A stretch of 64,000 nt of DNA from NCBI GenBank assembly GCA_963695545.1, contig OY968796.1, positions 2,944,001 through 3,008,000 on the forward strand, written 5' to 3'. The translations under genes were made by a program, and so were the position numbers. Below, in pieces: positions 29,334-37,959 of the stretch. The notes under the pieces were generated by a model. The model saw only the letters and a list, made by a program, of their open reading frames with translations, ran no database searches and was not told the DNA's origin. This DNA comes from Terriglobia bacterium (lineage in GTDB: Bacteria > Acidobacteriota > Terriglobia > Acidiferrales > UBA7541). Position 1 is the first letter of the stretch. Every line of letters begins with the position of its first letter.

Positions 29334-31178
29334 TCATCGAATGCGAATCGAAATCGTCGTCGATCCGGAAACCACTTCCTCCATCGGCACGGACCATTCG
29401 CCGGCGGTCGAATCGTGCAGCGTGAGCGCCGTGCCCGTGCCCGGCCGCCCGTCGAGCACGTTCATCTCGTCGAGCGGCGCGTTCGGCAGAATCTTGTCCT
29501 CGATCAAGAGCGTCGGATTGGTGTCCAGCAGCGCGACGTACAGAAAATTGTCGCGCCGCTCGCGGTTCAGCGTGGCGATCAGTTGCTCGAGGCTGTTCAA
29601 TCGGCCCAGCCCCGTGGCCGCGAACGGATTCGTGCGCCGATCGAGCGTCGAGGAGTCGCTCACCAGAATTTGCATCGTCGTGCCCGGCGTCGCTTGCGGC
29701 GGAATCGTGATGGCCACGTCGCGAATCACCGCCGGGCCGCGATACGGATGCAGCAGCACCTTGATGCCCACCGATTCGCCCGGCTGCGCCTCGGTTTTTT
29801 CCGCCCACGCGCCGGCGATCGTGGCCATGCGCCGGTCCGGCAGGCTCTCAAGACTCAGATGAATGTCGTGGATGTGCGGCAATTCATAGGGGTTTGAGAA
29901 AACTTCCGCGAACGCACTCTGCACCGTGGCCGCCACGTACGCGCCGTCGGGAATCAGTGCATCCGTCGGAGCGAACATGTGATCGAGATGCACGGCCGTG
30001 TGGCCGTCGATATCGATCGTGGCCGTCAGACGCAGCGTGGTGCCTTCGCTGTACACCGCGTTCTGCGTCAATCCGTTCAGCGTCGCCAGTCCCACCAGGA
30101 TCGGCGTCAGCTTGGGGTCCGAGGCCACCTCGAAATGAAATTCCTTTTTTCCGCCGGGCGTCGAAAGCTCCAGTTCCACCGGCACCATCGCCGCCGTCGC
30201 GCCCAGGCGCCCGGAAATTTCGCTCACCACGTCGCTATCGATCGTGCCGATCGCGCCGCCCACGTTCACGATTTTCGTGGACTCATATTCGGAAGCCAGC
30301 GTGGTCACCACACGCGCGCGCGCCATCGGCAGCGATATCGAGCCGAAACCAAAAAGCGGATGGCCGCACGCGAACACGCGATCGCTCACGATCATCGTCA
30401 CCGTGCACGCCGCGTCGATCGAAAGGTCGCCCTTGATCAGCGTCACCCCGACCATGTCGCCCGGCACAATTTTCGCGTCGTCCGGTTGCGCCGCGGCCGT
30501 GCCGCCCTGCACCGATTCCAGGCCGAATTGCGCCATCTGCCCCGAATACGCGCGAACCGATTCGGCGCTGAATCCGGAAAATACCAGCGGCGCGGCGATC
30601 GGCTCCAGAAAATCGCCTTGAGCGTCCGTAGCAGCGCGCGCGGAAACCCATTGGCGCGGCAAATCGTAGTGCTGGTTATTGTCCACCTCGGGCCGCGACG
30701 CGCCACCACCAGCGTCAGCCGAACCGCTGCCGGCCGCCGGAGTCGCTACCGGAGCCTCTGTTGGAGCGGCGCTCAGCATATTTTGGATCGGCGTCACGCC
30801 CGCGAGCGGCTCCTTCGAGAACACCCCAAGTTTCAGCGAAAGCGCCCCCGCAAGTTTTCCCTCGATATAAACCGGGCTGCCGCTCATCCCTGCGACGACG
30901 CCCGTGTGCTCGACTTTCGGCCCCTTCAACTGCACAAGAATAATGTCCTGCTTCGGCCCCAGAAAATTTGGCAACACCCCGATCACATCCAGGTCCATCG
31001 ATTCGATCTGATCCCCCGCGAAGATCGTGTAGGCCACGCCCGTCATCCCCGGTTTCACCTGAGCGAGCGGAAAAATGTCCGGCGCATCGCCAGCGGCAAG
31101 AGACAGTGCGCCGCCCGCGAGAAGCGCCACGAGAAAAAGTGAACGAGCGGCGCGTGAACCGAATCGAACCTTGTGCAT
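29334..31178 (-). CDS. SpoIVB peptidase S55-domain secreted protein
   Basis: GVVAGMSGSPVYIEGKLAGALS...GVTPI S55 motif, V.ACGHP.FG.G and a signal peptide. Confidence 0.88.
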   Translation of the reverse strand: MHKVRFGSRAARSLFLVALLAGGALSLAAGDAPDIFPLAQVKPGMTGVAYTIFAGDQIESMDLDVIGVLPNFLGPKQDIILVQLKGPKVEHTGVVAGMSGSPVYIEGKLAGALSLKLGVFSKEPLAGVTPIQNMLSAAPTEAPVATPAAGSGSADAGGGASRPEVDNNQHYDLPRQWVSARAATDAQGDFLEPIAAPLVFSGFSAESVRAYSGQMAQFGLESVQGGTAAAQPDDAKIVPGDMVGVTLIKGDLSIDAACTVTMIVSDRVFACGHPLFGFGSISLPMARARVVTTLASEYESTKIVNVGGAIGTIDSDVVSEISGRLGATAAMVPVELELSTPGGKKEFHFEVASDPKLTPILVGLATLNGLTQNAVYSEGTTLRLTATIDIDGHTAVHLDHMFAPTDALIPDGAYVAATVQSAFAEVFSNPYELPHIHDIHLSLESLPDRRMATIAGAWAEKTEAQPGESVGIKVLLHPYRGPAVIRDVAITIPPQATPGTTMQILVSDSSTLDRRTNPFAATGLGRLNSLEQLIATLNRERRDNFLYVALLDTNPTLLIEDKILPNAPLDEMNVLDGRPGTGTALTLHDSTAGEWSVPMEEVVSGSTTISIRIR

Positions 31179-31384
31179 GATTTGAATAATTCTAACGAGA
31201 CGCATGAATCACCGATGATACCGCGCGCGTTAAGCGCGAATCAAATGCGCGGCCCACCGGAGTTCCAGGAGTTGTTCCGGCGCACAAACACAGATGCGCG
31301 CGGCGTTCGCGGCGTTGCCGGGGCGGACGCGTCCGCGCTGGATTTCCCCCGTGGCCAAACGAGATATCCTCCCGACGAGCCCCG

Positions 31385-31806
31385 TTTCGAATGAATTTCC
31401 ACAGCCTATTCGAATAACCCACAAGTAATCGTTGACTGCTAGTTTGCAAGTCTGCTATCATTCAGCATGAGTTGCAAACGCCCGCCCTCGCCCCTGTCAG
31501 GGTCCCGGCCCATTCCTCGGGCGTCGGGGTTTCCGCATGCAGGAGCCGGAGCCTGCCTGCCGGCAGGCAGGCTTGTCTCCGCCCGCTTTTCCATCCCTGC
31601 CAAACATGATCGATACAATCCAATCGAGCCGCACTTATCTGCGCAAAAGTGCCCCTCCAACCCTTTTATTTTCAGCGGATTGCAAAAGAGTGCGTATCTC
31701 GTTGAAAATAATCGCGATCAAGTGGCTTTATCTTCACACTCATCCGCACTCTTTCGCCGCATCCACTTTATTTTCAATATTTTAACAAAAACATACCGGG
31801 GGTATA
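31385..31806 (+). repeat. Dispersed intergenic element family 1, copy C
   Basis: Matches copy B as described there. Contains the palindrome GCCTGCCTGCCGGCAGGCAGGC (31551-31572) and the hairpin AAAGAGTGCG...CGCACTCTTT (31685-31754). Confidence 0.88.
31432..31461 (+). promoter_or_regulatory. sigma70-type promoter at the head of element copy C
   Basis: TTGACT, 18 bp, extended -10 TGc-TATCAT. Confidence 0.7.
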
Positions 31807-32003
31807 TATACGTCTCACCGACCGCCGACCTAAGACATTACTTGAAGTTTGCGCGCCTCTACCCGGAAACCTCGGCCCATCAATCCCTTACGGCGCCTCA
31901 TTCGCGGCGACGCGATCGCCGCAGCGCGAGCAGCGCCAGCAACTCGCCAATGCCACTCGCCCCGCCCGCAGAGCCACCCGCGCGGCATGCTAAGATTCCC
32001 GCC

Positions 32004-33296
32004 GTGGCAAAACAGAAGATTTTCCCCGCGAAGAAAATCTCCGGCGCCGTCGAAGTGCCCGGCGATAAATCCATCTCGCACCGCTACGCAATTCTGGCCT
32101 CGCTCGCCAGCGGCGCAAGCGAGATCGCGCATTTCTCCGCCGCGGACGATTGCCGCCGCACCCTCGAATGTTTCCGGCGCCTCGGAATCGAGATCGAGCA
32201 GCGCGGCGATCTGGTGCGCGTCGGCGGAGCGCGCCCCGAAGGCTTGCGCGCGCCGCGCCGCACGCTCGATGCCGGCAATTCCGGCACCACCATGCGTTTG
32301 CTCGCAGGCGTGCTCGTGGGCCAGGCCTTTAGCTCGAAGCTCGATGGCGATGGTTCGCTCCGCCGCCGCCCCATGCGCCGCGTGATCGACCCGCTCACGC
32401 AAATGGGAGCGAAAATTCACGCGCGCGACGGCGGCACGGCGCCGCTTGAAATCGAAGGCGCGGTGCTGCGCGCGATCGAATACAAATTGCCGGTGGCCAG
32501 CGCTCAAGTGAAGTCCGCCGTGCTGCTGGCGGGCCTTTTCGCCGACGGCGTGACGTCCGTGATCGAAGATATTCCCACGCGCGATCACACCGAATTGGCG
32601 CTCGAAGAATTTGGCGCCGAAATACTTCGCGAAGGCCACGCGATTCGCCTCGAGGGCCATCCGTCGCTCGAAGGGCGAAAACTCACTGTGCCCGGCGATC
32701 TTTCCTCCGCGGCTTTTTTTCTCGCGGCGGCGCTGATTTTGCCCGGCTCGACGCTTGCCGTGCACGACGTTGGCTTGAACCCCACGCGCACCGCGGTGCT
32801 CGATGCTTTCGCGCGCATGGGCGGCGCCGTGCAGGCGATTTCCGTGCGCAGCGCCGGCGGCGAATTGGTCGGCGATCTTTCCGCGCACCACGCGCCGCTC
32901 GAAGGTGGCGTGATCGAAGGCCCGATGATCGCGCAATTGATCGACGAACTGCCGGTGCTCGCCGCTCTTGGTCCTTACACCGAGCAGGGAATCGAGATTC
33001 GCGGCGCGGAAGAGTTGCGAGTGAAGGAAAGCGATCGCATCGGCGCACTCGTTGAAAATCTGCGCCGCATGGGCGCTACGGTCGAGGAGCGCCCGGATGG
33101 CCTGCGCGTCGAAGGCCGCCGCGCGGGCCGTTTGCACGGCGCGACCATCGAGACGCGCGGCGATCATCGCATGGCCATGGCGTTTGCCGTGGCCGCGCTC
33201 GGCGCCGAAGGACCGACGGTGATCGAAGACGCGCAGTGCGCCGCGGTATCGTATCCGGATTTCTTCGCGACGCTGGAAAGATTGGTCGAGCGCTAA
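32004..33296 (+). CDS. aroA: 3-phosphoshikimate 1-carboxyvinyltransferase (EPSP synthase, class II)
   Basis: VPGDKSISHR, LDAGNSGTTMR, SLRRRPM.R, ASAQVKSA, RDHTE, ELRVKESDR, GDHRMAM. Confidence 0.97.
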   Translation: MAKQKIFPAKKISGAVEVPGDKSISHRYAILASLASGASEIAHFSAADDCRRTLECFRRLGIEIEQRGDLVRVGGARPEGLRAPRRTLDAGNSGTTMRLLAGVLVGQAFSSKLDGDGSLRRRPMRRVIDPLTQMGAKIHARDGGTAPLEIEGAVLRAIEYKLPVASAQVKSAVLLAGLFADGVTSVIEDIPTRDHTELALEEFGAEILREGHAIRLEGHPSLEGRKLTVPGDLSSAAFFLAAALILPGSTLAVHDVGLNPTRTAVLDAFARMGGAVQAISVRSAGGELVGDLSAHHAPLEGGVIEGPMIAQLIDELPVLAALGPYTEQGIEIRGAEELRVKESDRIGALVENLRRMGATVEERPDGLRVEGRRAGRLHGATIETRGDHRMAMAFAVAALGAEGPTVIEDAQCAAVSYPDFFATLERLVER

Positions 33297-33383
33297 GCTC
33301 GCCGTGATCAACGCGCGGTAAGTTCGCGCGGAACGCTGAACGCCATGCGCGCGCATTTTGTCGCGCGTTAGCGCGTGGCGCGC

Positions 33384-34748
33384 TCAGCTTCCTTTGCGCA
33401 GATTGATGTCGCCGTAGGTTGTGCGCACGTGAATCGTTGGGCCGTGCGTGCCCGCTTGGCCAACGAGCGACGATCGATCGTCGTCTTTGTGCGTCGCAAT
33501 GCCGGGAAATTCGCTGTCCACGTCGCCGGAATCCGACACCGCGTCGATTTGAAAATTCGATTGCGCCGGCAGCGTCACGGAAACATCGCCGGAACCATCG
33601 GTGATGTTCACCGGCTGGCGCGGCTGCTGCGCGAAGCGCACGTCGACGTCGCCATCATGATCGTCGATGTCGATGCTGCCCGCGATGTTTTCGATCACCA
33701 CGTCGCTTTTTTGCGTGGTCACGCTCACGGCGCCGGAGGAATTTTCGATATTCAGATCGCCCGAATCGAGCTCGAGCGTTCCGGCGAGCGCGCTCACGGT
33801 CAGATTGGCGTGCTTGGAACTCAAACGCGCGCCCTTGGCGATTTCAGAAAGGTGAATCGGCCCGTAATATTCGCCGTCGATCGCCACTTCGCCTTGCACG
33901 CTCGAAATCGAGACTTCATCGCCCTTGCCGGAGAGCTGCACATTGCCCGCGACGCCCGTGATGCGCACGTCGCCATGGTCGGTCGATGCGGTGACGTCAG
34001 CTCCGGCGTCGCGGATATCGAGATCGCCCTTGTGCGTCGTCGCTTCGAGCGTGCCGGCCACGCCGGCAACCACCACGTCGCCCTGCTGCGTTGCCGCCGA
34101 AATGGATGCGTGCTGCGGAACGTGCACATCGAGATCCGTGTCCATTCGGCCCGAGTCCGATCCTTGCTGTTGCGGTTCGACCTCGAAACTTCCGTCGTGA
34201 TTGTCCACGATGATGAAGTGCACGGCGTCAGCGCGCGATTGCGCGTCGCTTTGCCTCAGCTCGTTCACCGTTTTCTTCACCGTCACCAAAATTTCCGCGC
34301 GTTCTTCCGCGTGCACCGAAATATCGCCGCGCACATTCGAGATTTCGATGCGCGCATTCGCCGGAACCGCCTGCGGCGAACTGACCTGTTCGGTGAAAAC
34401 GTATGGATTGCCGAAGTTCACGGCCCAAAAATCCGCGTCGCCCAGCCGCTCGCGCACTTTGGAGATTCCACCGGCCACCGCCACGAGCAAAAGAATCGCG
34501 ATGATCAGGAAAATATCGCCGCCGCTCACGATGCGCGGCGCGGGAGCATCCGGTCCCGCGCGCTGCGCCACCAGATAGTCGATCAGCCGCGCCACGCCCA
34601 GCAGGATCAGCAGCAACGGCCACCAGCGCAGCACCGCATTCCAGAGCTCGAACACAGGGTAGAAATTTTGAATCAGGAACAACGCGCCCAAGACAACCAG
34701 CACCAGGCCGCCAAAAATCGAGTTTCTGCCGCGGCGTTGTTCGCTCAT
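33384..34748 (-). CDS. DUF4097 (LiaG-like adhesin beta-strand repeat) protein with N-terminal LiaI/LiaF-like TM region
   Basis: GGLVLVVLGALFL...WWPLLLILLG followed by many (T/S)xxGDV/I repeats, ending RTTYGDINLRK. Confidence 0.85.
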   Translation of the reverse strand: MSEQRRGRNSIFGGLVLVVLGALFLIQNFYPVFELWNAVLRWWPLLLILLGVARLIDYLVAQRAGPDAPAPRIVSGGDIFLIIAILLLVAVAGGISKVRERLGDADFWAVNFGNPYVFTEQVSSPQAVPANARIEISNVRGDISVHAEERAEILVTVKKTVNELRQSDAQSRADAVHFIIVDNHDGSFEVEPQQQGSDSGRMDTDLDVHVPQHASISAATQQGDVVVAGVAGTLEATTHKGDLDIRDAGADVTASTDHGDVRITGVAGNVQLSGKGDEVSISSVQGEVAIDGEYYGPIHLSEIAKGARLSSKHANLTVSALAGTLELDSGDLNIENSSGAVSVTTQKSDVVIENIAGSIDIDDHDGDVDVRFAQQPRQPVNITDGSGDVSVTLPAQSNFQIDAVSDSGDVDSEFPGIATHKDDDRSSLVGQAGTHGPTIHVRTTYGDINLRKGS

Positions 34749-34802
34749 GACCGCTTGTCCGTCACATCGCGCATACGATTTCGTCCATCCTTGACTACGA
34801 AT

Positions 34803-35021
34803 CTACGACTTCGAGCTCACGTGCCCTTCGGTCGAAGCCAGCGACGCGGCCAGCTTCATGCCGCCGACCGCAAGAAGAATCACGGGCCACAAACGGCCGA
34901 AGCTCAGGCCGGGAACCATTTGGTCGAGCAGAAAAAGAACACCCACGGTGATCAGAATCACCGGGCCCATCAATCGATTCGTCGAACATCGTTGGCACTT
35001 GCATTCAACCTTGTCGGACAT
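34803..35021 (-). CDS. Small LiaI/LiaF-like (DUF5668) membrane protein
   Basis: CKCQRC...MGPVILITVGVLFLL.....RLWPVILLAVG. Confidence 0.8.
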   Translation of the reverse strand: MSDKVECKCQRCSTNRLMGPVILITVGVLFLLDQMVPGLSFGRLWPVILLAVGGMKLAASLASTEGHVSSKS

Positions 35022-35075
35022 CCGAGCCGTCCCTCCGAATTTCGGCGCTGCGCCAGCGCCGGCCGGTCGATTTCT

Positions 35076-35786
35076 TCAGCGCCGGTTCTTCAACACTTGC
35101 CACAGCCCCAGCGCGATCAGGATCAGCGGCCAGCCGTGCGCAACCACGCGATCGGCATCCAGCCAGCCGAGATTGTCCGCCAGAAAAATCGCGCCGATCA
35201 CGATCAAGATCACCGGGAGAACCAGACGCGGCCGCCGATCGGACGCGGGCGCGTCCGCGGGGGCGGCGACGGGCAGCACGCTCGGCGATTGCTCCGCGGC
35301 GGGCGCGTCCGTCGGCACAAAGCCGCTCGATTGCGCCGGCGCGGGCGATCGCGCGGGCCCCGCCGATTGCCCGGGCGCGGCAACAGGGAACGCGTACGCC
35401 TCTCGATCGCGCAGGTGCATTGCCGTGACGCACGCTTCGATCGGCATGTACACAACGAAGAAAGAGATCAGCAAACTGTACAGGACGTGTTGCGAACCGG
35501 CGGAATCGGCGGTGACCAACCCCACGAAGATCGCCACGTAAATCAGCGCCTTGGTGTACTCGCGATTGTAGACCGCTCCGAGTCCGGGAATGAGTCCCAA
35601 GAAGAATGCCGCGACAGGAGAGTGTTGGCTTGCGCGCGCGGCCGGCGGCTGCGTTACCAGCGCCGCCAGACACGGCTCGCAATAGTGCATTCCCCGAACG
35701 CTGCGCGTGCACTCCGCGCAAAGCGCTTTTCCGCAATTCCGGCAGTACGCGGTGGCGTCCGCGTCGGGATGTACTGCGCATTTCAT
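35076..35786 (-). CDS. B-box zinc finger + DUF5668 membrane protein
   Basis: MKCAVHP...YCRNCGKALCAEC...YCEPC, LIPGLGAVYN and C-terminal WPLILIALG. Confidence 0.85.
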   Translation of the reverse strand: MKCAVHPDADATAYCRNCGKALCAECTRSVRGMHYCEPCLAALVTQPPAARASQHSPVAAFFLGLIPGLGAVYNREYTKALIYVAIFVGLVTADSAGSQHVLYSLLISFFVVYMPIEACVTAMHLRDREAYAFPVAAPGQSAGPARSPAPAQSSGFVPTDAPAAEQSPSVLPVAAPADAPASDRRPRLVLPVILIVIGAIFLADNLGWLDADRVVAHGWPLILIALGLWQVLKNRR

Positions 35787-36553
35787 AGCACGCTCCTCGG
35801 ATTAATTCCCGGAACGAGGGTCGCCGCTTCGGCCGCGGCGCGGCGCATTAGATTGATCGGGTGACTCGCGCGGCTCGGATCGCGAGGCCCGAGGGACGGA
35901 GTGACGTGCGGAGCGATTTCGGTTTGGCCGGGAGCTTGCCGCTGCGCGGGTTTCGGCTGCGGCGCGGAATCGGGTGCCTGCTGGCCCTCGAATGCGGATT
36001 GAATCTCGTAGACCACGCGCGAATCCGAGACGTACTTCGTGCCGCGCGCGTAGATCAAATGACCCTGGCGATTCGCCTCGCGATAGATGCTCGCCGGCTG
36101 AAGTTCGGCCACCGTCGGCTGGCGCCACCTGATGCCGAGCGCGTGCGAGACCACCACCACCGAGATCAACACCGCCGCCGCGCCGTATGCGAACTGTGGC
36201 TGCGCGATTGCGGAGAGCCAATCGAACCACCCGCGCTCCGAATCCGCGGGCCGCGTGGCCGGAACCGTGGGCCTGGCAGCGGGAATGGACGCCACGCCGT
36301 GCTTCGCGTCGCGCGCGCCGATCGTGCGATCCAGAATCGAGCGCACCAGCTCGGGCGGCTCTTCAAGCAAAGCCATGCCGCGCATTTCGCTGACGGTTGC
36401 GCCGACGCGCGCCGAAAGCGCGGCGCAAGCCGAGCAGCCAGCGCGATGCCGCTCGAAAGCCGCCAGTTCGTCCGCTGCGAGCAAGCCATCGGCGAAATCC
36501 GAAAGCCGCTCTTCGGTTTCGGCGCAGGCCCAGGTTGTGTGATCAGCAGCCAT
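35783..36553 (-). CDS. Anti-sigma factor, zf-HC2 family
   Basis: C...EERLSDF.DG.L......ERH...CSAC (HxxxCxxC) plus one TM helix, directly after the ECF sigma gene. Confidence 0.85.
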   Translation of the reverse strand: MAADHTTWACAETEERLSDFADGLLAADELAAFERHRAGCSACAALSARVGATVSEMRGMALLEEPPELVRSILDRTIGARDAKHGVASIPAARPTVPATRPADSERGWFDWLSAIAQPQFAYGAAAVLISVVVVSHALGIRWRQPTVAELQPASIYREANRQGHLIYARGTKYVSDSRVVYEIQSAFEGQQAPDSAPQPKPAQRQAPGQTEIAPHVTPSLGPRDPSRASHPINLMRRAAAEAATLVPGINPRSVL

Positions 36554-36562
36554 AATATTGTC

Positions 36563-37174
36563 CTATTGCGCGCGAACTCCCATTTGCTCGAGCAGCCGCG
36601 CAAGTTCGATACGCCCGCGATTGATCCGCGATTTCACGGTTCCCTCAGGCACAGACAACACTTGTTGAATCTCGCGATAATCGTAGCCTTGCAGGTCGCG
36701 AAGGATCACGGCCTCGCGCAGCTCGGGCGACATTTTCCCCAGCGCGATTTGCAGATGCCGCTGAAGCTCGCCGTGCTCGGCGATCTGGTCCGGCCGGCGG
36801 CCGGCGGAAGGTTTTTCTTCCACGGGCGAGACCTCGTCGTCGATCGAATCGGTGATGCGATCGCGTTTGGTCCGGCGGTAATTGTCGATCAATAAATTTC
36901 GCGTCACGCTGGTCATCCACGCGGTGAATGCGCCTTGCGCCGAGCTGTAGCTGCCGAGCGTGCGAAAGACCTTCACGAAAACATCCTGCGTGAGGTCTTC
37001 CGCGGCGTGCCGATCGCCGGTGAATCGGTAACACAGGTTGTAAACGCGCCGCGTATGCGTTTGCACGAGTTGTTCCCAGGCCGAGTTCTCGCCTCGCAGG
37101 CACTGCTGGACCAGTTGGTTGTCTGGCTCCAACGCAGCTTCCGCCTCGATCGAGCTCGGCTCCTCGGTCTCCAC
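36563..37174 (-). CDS. ECF RNA polymerase sigma factor (sigma70 group 4, SigW/RpoE-like)
   Basis: Region 2 AEDLTQDVFVKVF...F.AWM..VTRNLLID and region 4 REAVILRDLQGYDYREI..VL.VPEGTVKSRINRGR. Start placed at GTG 37174 behind an ECF-type promoter. Confidence 0.92.
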   Translation of the reverse strand: METEEPSSIEAEAALEPDNQLVQQCLRGENSAWEQLVQTHTRRVYNLCYRFTGDRHAAEDLTQDVFVKVFRTLGSYSSAQGAFTAWMTSVTRNLLIDNYRRTKRDRITDSIDDEVSPVEEKPSAGRRPDQIAEHGELQRHLQIALGKMSPELREAVILRDLQGYDYREIQQVLSVPEGTVKSRINRGRIELARLLEQMGVRAQ

Positions 37175-37181
37175 TGAATGT

Positions 37182-37207
37182 AACGCAGGCTGCGCCCGAA
37201 ATGTTCC
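37182..37207 (-). promoter_or_regulatory. Candidate autoregulatory ECF promoter
   Basis: Minus strand GGAAC, 17 bp, CGTT, ending 7 nt before the in-frame GTG. Confidence 0.6.
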
Positions 37208-37406
37208 CTTGGCAATCGGCTTGCTCGGGCATGCGCAGGGCGCGAATGCCCGCATCTTAGTCTCGGCGGCGGGAGGTGACAAGGCGCGCGGGGGCTCCTC
37301 TAGCGTGGGCCACGCCCGAATCGCCCTAGGCGAACTGCTCATGGATCGGGAGATATCGCCGGTCCGCTCGTGCCCAGCGCAATCGGCGATCGATTCAGAA
37401 CGTTCG

Positions 37407-37685
37407 CTACGAAGCGCTCTCCGCGGAAGTGGGGTCGATCATGCCGCGTATCACAGATACGGAGTCGGCGGGAAAGCCCCCGCGGCGCGCGTGCTCGCGA
37501 ATGGCTTCAGCATCCGGCGCGATATACACGCAATAAATCTTGTCGTCGGTGACAAAGCTTTCAACCCACTGCACCTGGGGAAGGGAGCGCAAGACACTGC
37601 AAGACTTCTCGGAAATGGCTTGAAGCTCGGCGGCGCTGAACTTACCCGCGCCGGGAATTACGCGTTCGATGATGAACTTCGGCAT
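37407..37685 (-). CDS. DUF4242-domain protein (SCO4226-like)
   Basis: MPKFIIERVIPGAG...QWVESFVTDDKIYCVYIAPD.EAIREHARRGGFPAD. GAGGAG RBS. Confidence 0.88.
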   Translation of the reverse strand: MPKFIIERVIPGAGKFSAAELQAISEKSCSVLRSLPQVQWVESFVTDDKIYCVYIAPDAEAIREHARRGGFPADSVSVIRGMIDPTSAESAS

Positions 37686-37921
37686 GGCGATCTCCTCTCG
37701 AACGATTCAATCGGAATTTTTCTGAGCCCGAAAAGTGGCATCATTGTACGCGCATCTTGCCCATTCGCAACGCTCTAAAGTAATTGCATCGGGGGCGAGT
37801 GCCGAAGCCCGACATCCGACGGGGCAATCGCCGGCGGTGTGTGATCTGCCCCTTTCGGAAAGCCGCCGCGAGAGCATGTCGCTCGCCAGGAAACTGAGCC
37901 ATCACCGGGAGGGCTGATTCC

Positions 37922-37951
37922 TTGACACCCGGCCGGGCGAGCGGATACGCT
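37922..37951 (+). promoter_or_regulatory. Candidate sigma70 promoter
   Basis: TTGACA, 18 bp, TACGCT, ending 8 nt before ATG 37960. Confidence 0.5.
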
Positions 37952-37959
37952 CCGGGCCG

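Noticed and set aside
33375..35864. 829-aa + strand ORF, and similar long Arg/Ala-rich ORFs at 19265-20956, 27391-28998, 31830-33356 and 48089-50188
   Set aside because: Opposite-strand shadows of well-supported genes in GC-rich DNA, with no recognisable motifs.
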